From an uncultured virus (IMG/VR IMGVR_UViG_3300042864_000170) (taxonomy: Duplodnaviria; Heunggongvirae; Uroviricota; Caudoviricetes): 64,000 bases of DNA. Location: IMG/VR virus record IMGVR_UViG_3300042864_000170, one strand, 5' to 3'. The position numbers were made by a program, and so were the translations under genes. Under the pieces are notes generated by a model. It made no database searches. It was given only the letters and a program-made list of their open reading frames with translations, and was not told the origin of the DNA. Below are positions 58,876-64,000 of the stretch, in pieces (the first letter of the stretch is position 1; every line of letters begins with the position of its first letter).

Positions 58876-59166
58876 ATGAGTAGATATCACACCCTTTATG
58901 CTAGCAATAGCGCCACTCCAAAATTCACCACACTGCAAACAGGTGCAGCCAGTGTTAATACAGCAATTACCGCAAGACGTATTACTGTAGTAACCAACGG
59001 TACTAGCCAGTTCATGTCATTCGGTACAGGAACTGTTGCTGCAACGACTGCCAGCTGTGTAGTTCCTGCAAACTCTATGATGGATTTTAATGTTACTACA
59101 GGAACGCACGTTGCGTTTATCAGTCCAACGGGTTTAGGTTACGTTACACTTATCGACGCTGATTAA
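58876..59166 (+). CDS. Small virion-like beta protein
   Basis: Thr/Ala-rich; AAGGA SD. Confidence 0.55.
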   Translation: MSRYHTLYASNSATPKFTTLQTGAASVNTAITARRITVVTNGTSQFMSFGTGTVAATTASCVVPANSMMDFNVTTGTHVAFISPTGLGYVTLIDAD

Positions 59167-59168
59167 TT

Positions 59169-60881
59169 ATGGCGGTTGATCGCTATCAGAACAGCACAGC
59201 CTATGAACATCCACAGGAGAGCAATCTTCTAAATATTCATAAGACTATGCAGTACAACAGCCAGGGGCAACCCGTGGCTCGTGTACATGTTGATGGTATC
59301 AATCTTGAAGGTGATGTTATTGTTGACACTGTAAGTTTAAGTACATCAACACTGGCTGCATTAGAAAGCATTAGTGTTCGTCAAGAAGGCACCTGGACAG
59401 TTAGCATAGGAACCAACGGACAAGTTGTAGTCAGCAATTTTACATCAACTGTAAATATTTCTTCTCTACCTGCTATCACAGGAACAGTCACAGTAAGTAA
59501 TTTTACTTCAACTGTATTTGTAAGCAATACACTGACAATCAGCAACACCAGTTTTGCTGTAACTAACTTTCCAACCACCTCCACAGTATACCAAGGTACA
59601 ATACCGTGGACTATAACTGGCACAGTTGCTATCTCAAGCCTTCCGGAAGTAGAGATTAAAAACGATTCAGGTAATCCTATACCCGTCAGTGGTACGGTAA
59701 CTGCCACACTAACTGGCACTAACACATTTACATTGGGCACAGGATCTACTGATGCGTTTGGTAGACTGCGAGTCAGTGAGCCTTATACACTGTTTGACAG
59801 TAGAGCAAGATATTACGACCACAATGATTTTAGCAGTAGCACCAGCACTGGCGGCACAGTGGTCTACGAAACAGACAGTTCTACATTTAGACTGGCAGTG
59901 AGCACAAGTAATGGATCCAGTGTCATACGAGAAACCAAAAGAGTTTTTCCTTATCAGCCAGGCAAGAGTCTGCTGGTGTTGGCCACTTTTGCCATGAACA
60001 CTCCCAAGGCCAACCTGCGTCAGCGTGTGGGATATTTTACCACCAACAACGGAGTCTATTTTGAAAATGATGGCGCATATAACTATTTGGTAATAAGAAG
60101 TTATAGTACAGGTGCGTTGGTTGAAGATAGGATAAGACAAGACGCTTGGGACAATCCATTCGCCGCATTAAATGTAGACAGGACACAGATATTTTGGACA
60201 GACATTGAGTGGTTGGGCGTGGGAAGTGTTCGCTGTGGATTTGTTGTCAACGGTGCTTATGTGCTTTGCCACACATTCCATCATGCCAATGTTGTGAATA
60301 ATACCACCACTTATATGACCACGGCTGTACTGCCAGTGCGTTATGAAATAACCAATACTGGAGCCACTGCTTCATCCAGTATGATGAGACAGATATGCTC
60401 CACTGTAATCAGCGAAGGTGGCTACAACGCATTTACCTACAGCGAATCAGCAGGACGTGGCACCAGTGTGTTGAGATTGGTCAATGCCGGAACATACTAT
60501 CCGTTGGTCAGCATTAGATTGGCCAGCACAAGATTAGATGCTATTGTGTTGCCCAGACAAGTGGATGTGCTGAGTCCCACAGTGAATTACTATCGTTGGA
60601 GATTGGTGCTAAACCCTACCCTAACTGGTGCTACTTGGGCAGGAACCAGTACTTCAGGAACTGTTGAATATGACACGGCCGCCACAGGAGTTTCGGGCGG
60701 TATAGAACTACAAACTGGTTATGTCAGCAGTAGAGAACTATCGGAACTAGGAGCAGATGCGTTTGCGTTTCAGTTAGGCAGAACATTGGCAGGAGTCAGC
60801 GATATTGTGACACTAACTATGGCAGCAACATCAAACAACGCAGACGTGCTGGCACAAATTGGCTGGCAAGAAATTACTTAA
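59169..60881 (+). CDS. Putative virion structural protein
   Basis: Thr/Val/Ser repeats, then DAFGRLRVSEP..YQPGKS..EWLGVG domain. Confidence 0.65.
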   Translation: MAVDRYQNSTAYEHPQESNLLNIHKTMQYNSQGQPVARVHVDGINLEGDVIVDTVSLSTSTLAALESISVRQEGTWTVSIGTNGQVVVSNFTSTVNISSLPAITGTVTVSNFTSTVFVSNTLTISNTSFAVTNFPTTSTVYQGTIPWTITGTVAISSLPEVEIKNDSGNPIPVSGTVTATLTGTNTFTLGTGSTDAFGRLRVSEPYTLFDSRARYYDHNDFSSSTSTGGTVVYETDSSTFRLAVSTSNGSSVIRETKRVFPYQPGKSLLVLATFAMNTPKANLRQRVGYFTTNNGVYFENDGAYNYLVIRSYSTGALVEDRIRQDAWDNPFAALNVDRTQIFWTDIEWLGVGSVRCGFVVNGAYVLCHTFHHANVVNNTTTYMTTAVLPVRYEITNTGATASSSMMRQICSTVISEGGYNAFTYSESAGRGTSVLRLVNAGTYYPLVSIRLASTRLDAIVLPRQVDVLSPTVNYYRWRLVLNPTLTGATWAGTSTSGTVEYDTAATGVSGGIELQTGYVSSRELSELGADAFAFQLGRTLAGVSDIVTLTMAATSNNADVLAQIGWQEIT

Positions 60882-60888
60882 ATACATT

Positions 60889-61329
60889 ATGAAAAAACTA
60901 TTATTAACCCTATTATTAGCAGTGGCGGCAGTTCCTGCTCTAGCACAAAAGACACCTAAAGGTGCAACTTATGACGCACAGATTATACGTGTAAGCGACG
61001 GTGACACTATTGTGATTGCAGCACCATTCCTTCCTGCTCCACTAAAGCCAGAACTAGCAGTTCGTATATTTGGTGTTGATACTCCGGAAAAAGGACACAG
61101 AGCACAGTGCCCGCAAGAAAACGAGAGAGCATTAGTGGCCAGCAAATTTACCACACATGCGATTCAATCCCACCCTAAACATCAAGTTATCATCTACGGT
61201 TGGGACAAGTTTGGCGGTCGCATTCTAGGAGACATCTTAGTCAATGGACAGAGCATTCGTCAAGGATTAATTGCCAACGGTCTAGCACGCGAATATTACG
61301 GCGATGCTAAACAAAGTTGGTGTAACTAA
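60889..61329 (+). CDS. Secreted thermonuclease (SNase family)
   Basis: Signal peptide; DGDT, RIFGVDTPE, DKFGGRILG; start reassigned to 60889. Confidence 0.85.
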   Translation: MKKLLLTLLLAVAAVPALAQKTPKGATYDAQIIRVSDGDTIVIAAPFLPAPLKPELAVRIFGVDTPEKGHRAQCPQENERALVASKFTTHAIQSHPKHQVIIYGWDKFGGRILGDILVNGQSIRQGLIANGLAREYYGDAKQSWCN

Positions 61330-61467
61330 ACCACCTTAGGTCCGTTGTCGTAACGGTTAGCCCACCGGGCAGGCGTCCGTCTAGCAAACGTAAATTGCCG
61401 GCGTAATTACACTGCTGAGCCATAAAAAATTCGGCGCCGGATTAAGTAACCGGCAACTAAATACATC

Positions 61468-61758
61468 ATGAGAGCAAAAGAATTCACCATTAATGTACCT
61501 ATTACCATTACAATTAATGGTGATGAAGATCCTGTGGTTAATGCTGCTGGTCAAAACCCACCCGAGGAAGCCGATACAGAATTGCAGCAAAATCCTGTGA
61601 TGATCAGCCCACAGCAGCAAGAACTAGAACTTGCTAAAGCCGCAGCAGGCAAAGACAGCCCTGTTATAGACAAACTAACAGGTCAGGAAACAGTGGGCGA
61701 AGAGCCCCCTGAGCAGAACGACATTATTCAACAACTAAAAGCATTAATGTCAAGATAA
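61468..61758 (+). CDS. Small acidic late protein (MRAKEF)
   Basis: TAAATA 4 nt upstream. Confidence 0.6.
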   Translation: MRAKEFTINVPITITINGDEDPVVNAAGQNPPEEADTELQQNPVMISPQQQELELAKAAAGKDSPVIDKLTGQETVGEEPPEQNDIIQQLKALMSR

Positions 61759-61779
61759 CAGCATACGATAAATATCGTT

Positions 61780-63471
61780 ATGCCAATCTATAAAATACAA
61801 GCCGGTAGAATAATAACTGTCAATTCTTACGACTGGGTAGGGGACAAGGGCACAATTTGGTATGATGAGACATTAGGGGACCTACGCATAGGTGACGGCG
61901 TTACCCCTGGCGGCAGATTACTGCAATTTAATGGTTCGGGTAGTGGCGTTACTATTACAGGCAGCGTATCTAATAGTACTCAATTGGAAACTAGTTACGC
62001 AGGCGATTCCGGTGATGGATTTATTGAAGAAGCCACTGGAAATTTATGGGTATGGGACGGGACAGTTTGGGTTGATGTAGGAAAAATACAAGGCCCTACA
62101 GGCTATACAGGTTCGCAGGGTAATATTGGCTATACAGGCTCGCGTGGAGATACCGGGTACACTGGATCTCAGGGAAATCTCGGATATACGGGCTACACAG
62201 GCAGTCAAGGTTTTACAGGTAGTCAAGGGAATGTAGGTTATACTGGATCAGTTGGTGATACTGGATTTACTGGTAGTCAAGGCAATACTGGATTTACTGG
62301 AAGTGCCGGTGTTGATGGATCAGTTGGTGATACTGGATTTACTGGTAGTCAAGGCAATACTGGATTTACTGGAAGTGCCGGTGTTGATGGATCAGTTGGT
62401 GATACTGGATTTACTGGTAGTCAAGGCGATATAGGATTTACTGGAAGTGCCGGTGTTGATGGATCAGTTGGTGATACTGGATTTACTGGTAGTCAAGGCG
62501 ATATAGGATTTACTGGAAGTCGTGGATATACTGGATCACAAGGTTTTACCGGATCACAAGGTGAATTAGGATTTACAGGTAGTCAAGGTGATCTAGGTTT
62601 TACTGGAAGCATTGGATACTCGGGTTCACAAGGAGAATTAGGATTTACAGGTAGTCAGGGAAATGTGGGCTATGTGGGTAGTCGAGGTACTGACGGTACT
62701 AGTGTACAGATTTTAGGTAGTACTTCTACCTACGCAACTCTCCCCGGGTCCTATCTAGGAAATATCGGTGATGGATACATTACATCTGATAATGGCCACT
62801 TAAACATTTGGGTCGGTGATGATTGGTTAGATGTTGGAAATATTGTAGGACCGCAGGGAGAGTTAGGGTATACTGGAAGTATTGGTTTTACTGGTAGCCA
62901 AGGCATAGATGGATATACTGGTTCACAAGGCGATGTGGGCTATGTAGGTTCGAGAGGCAACGTAGGTTATGTAGGTTCGCAGGGAGAAAAAGGCGATGTG
63001 GGCTATGTAGGTTCACAAGGCGATGTGGGCTATGTAGGTTCGAGAGGCAACGTAGGTTATGTAGGTTCGCAAGGAGAAAAAGGTGATGTAGGCAGCGCCG
63101 GTGATCTAGGTTATACAGGTAGTATTGGATTCACAGGTAGTGCAGGTGTTGACGGTGTAATAGGACGTGATGGTTATACAGGTAGTCAAGGGGACATTGG
63201 CTATACAGGTAGTGCCGTAGAAGGTCTTGTTTCAGACGGTATCGGTTCTATTACTATACAATCGGGTTACACCCTAGTATTTCCAGATGGCTCGGGACAA
63301 CTGTCAGCTGCACCTAGAATGTATACCAATGCAGATGCTGCAAACGGATTAAGCCTAAGCGATCTTAAACCCGGTGACTATTACTATGATGATGTCAATG
63401 CTGCTATATTCATTTGTTACGATACTGGATTAGGATATTTTGACATATTAGACTTGACAGTGAGAGCATAA
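61780..63471 (+). CDS. Collagen-like (G-Y/F-T-G-S-x) repeat virion fibre
   Basis: Hexapeptide Gly-X-Y repeats with 72-bp DNA duplications; two W.DVG.I.GP modules. Confidence 0.8.
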   Translation: MPIYKIQAGRIITVNSYDWVGDKGTIWYDETLGDLRIGDGVTPGGRLLQFNGSGSGVTITGSVSNSTQLETSYAGDSGDGFIEEATGNLWVWDGTVWVDVGKIQGPTGYTGSQGNIGYTGSRGDTGYTGSQGNLGYTGYTGSQGFTGSQGNVGYTGSVGDTGFTGSQGNTGFTGSAGVDGSVGDTGFTGSQGNTGFTGSAGVDGSVGDTGFTGSQGDIGFTGSAGVDGSVGDTGFTGSQGDIGFTGSRGYTGSQGFTGSQGELGFTGSQGDLGFTGSIGYSGSQGELGFTGSQGNVGYVGSRGTDGTSVQILGSTSTYATLPGSYLGNIGDGYITSDNGHLNIWVGDDWLDVGNIVGPQGELGYTGSIGFTGSQGIDGYTGSQGDVGYVGSRGNVGYVGSQGEKGDVGYVGSQGDVGYVGSRGNVGYVGSQGEKGDVGSAGDLGYTGSIGFTGSAGVDGVIGRDGYTGSQGDIGYTGSAVEGLVSDGIGSITIQSGYTLVFPDGSGQLSAAPRMYTNADAANGLSLSDLKPGDYYYDDVNAAIFICYDTGLGYFDILDLTVRA

Positions 63472-63494
63472 TAAAATAGGGTAAATATAATACT

Positions 63495-64000
63495 GTGACC
63501 ATTTATTACTTTCCCTATCCAACAGCTCAACCTGCACCCGCTACTGTAGCAGGTGACAATTACTTCGGTGCTCAAGACGCTTATATCAACCAAAACGGCG
63601 CTGCCAGAACGGGCGTATTAGGTACTGGGTTGTCTGCTGGTAAGATTACACTGGGCAACTACGATTTAACAAAACCTTACCTGGGCGTAACAGGTTCTAG
63701 ATTTCCCGGTCTAGCTTCACCTCCTACTCCGCCTAATATTGTAGCAACGACCTTAGTTCCTACATTGAATTTTACACAAGGCACACTGGCCACCTTTAAT
63801 CCGGTAAGTGTGTACGGCGGAAGTGCGATACCAACTGAAATTTTAAATGTTAGTATCAATCCTGCACTGCCTGCTGGACTTGCTATTAAAAAAACTAGAG
63901 TTGATCTAAATGTCTCTGGCACTGCTCCTACTATATCAGGATCTGGAACTTCGTGGTCTGTAACATATCAATATACTTCTAACGGACAAACTCCTGTTGC
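63495..64000 (+). CDS. Partial virion protein with putative Ig domain (runs off the window)
   Basis: GTG start 7 nt after TAAATA; open to the end; SINPALPAGL motif. Confidence 0.6.
   Translation, partial: MTIYYFPYPTAQPAPATVAGDNYFGAQDAYINQNGAARTGVLGTGLSAGKITLGNYDLTKPYLGVTGSRFPGLASPPTPPNIVATTLVPTLNFTQGTLATFNPVSVYGGSAIPTEILNVSINPALPAGLAIKKTRVDLNVSGTAPTISGSGTSWSVTYQYTSNGQTPV

Noticed and set aside
57440..63220. Long near-perfect DNA repeats (about 120 bp and 72 bp units)
   Set aside because: In-frame Gly-X-Y expansions within collagen-like fibre genes; no reverse transcriptase or adenine-specific variation to suggest a DGR
1..64000. Stop-codon reassignment
   Set aside because: Conserved genes are full-length and tightly packed under the standard code

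Overview
This is a 64-kb segment of a large (jumbo-type) tailed dsDNA phage with T4-like gene expression signals. A proteobacterial host is inferred from ErpA, YqgE/AlgH, IF-1, ADP-heptose enzymes and sigma70-consensus promoters. Layout: (i) 1-13 kb, replication genes (UvsW-like helicase, a 196-aa mini-DnaE, primase, gp41/DnaB helicase) interleaved with an ADP-heptose operon and a tandem family of small paralogs; (ii) 13.5-22.4 kb, glycosyl-, methyl- and nucleotidyltransferases; (iii) 22.7-36.4 kb, a GC-richer early island of about 40 small minus-strand genes organised as about 26 cassettes, each with a near-consensus TTGACA-N17-TATAAT promoter. The island also holds tRNA-Arg(UCU) and several structured RNA candidates, one with two RsmY-like AGGAA-loop hairpins, and it is bounded by two non-coding repeat/hairpin regions; (iv) 37-51 kb, GT9-like, virion and radical-SAM/methyltransferase genes; (v) 51-64 kb, cell-wall hydrolase, an unannotated metallothionein-like ORF, ErpA, DNA ligase, IF-1, HNH, SNase and collagen-like fibre genes, many preceded by TAAATA only 4-7 nt before the start codon (apparently leaderless late mRNAs). 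All calls come from reading motifs by eye; no searches or folding programs were run.
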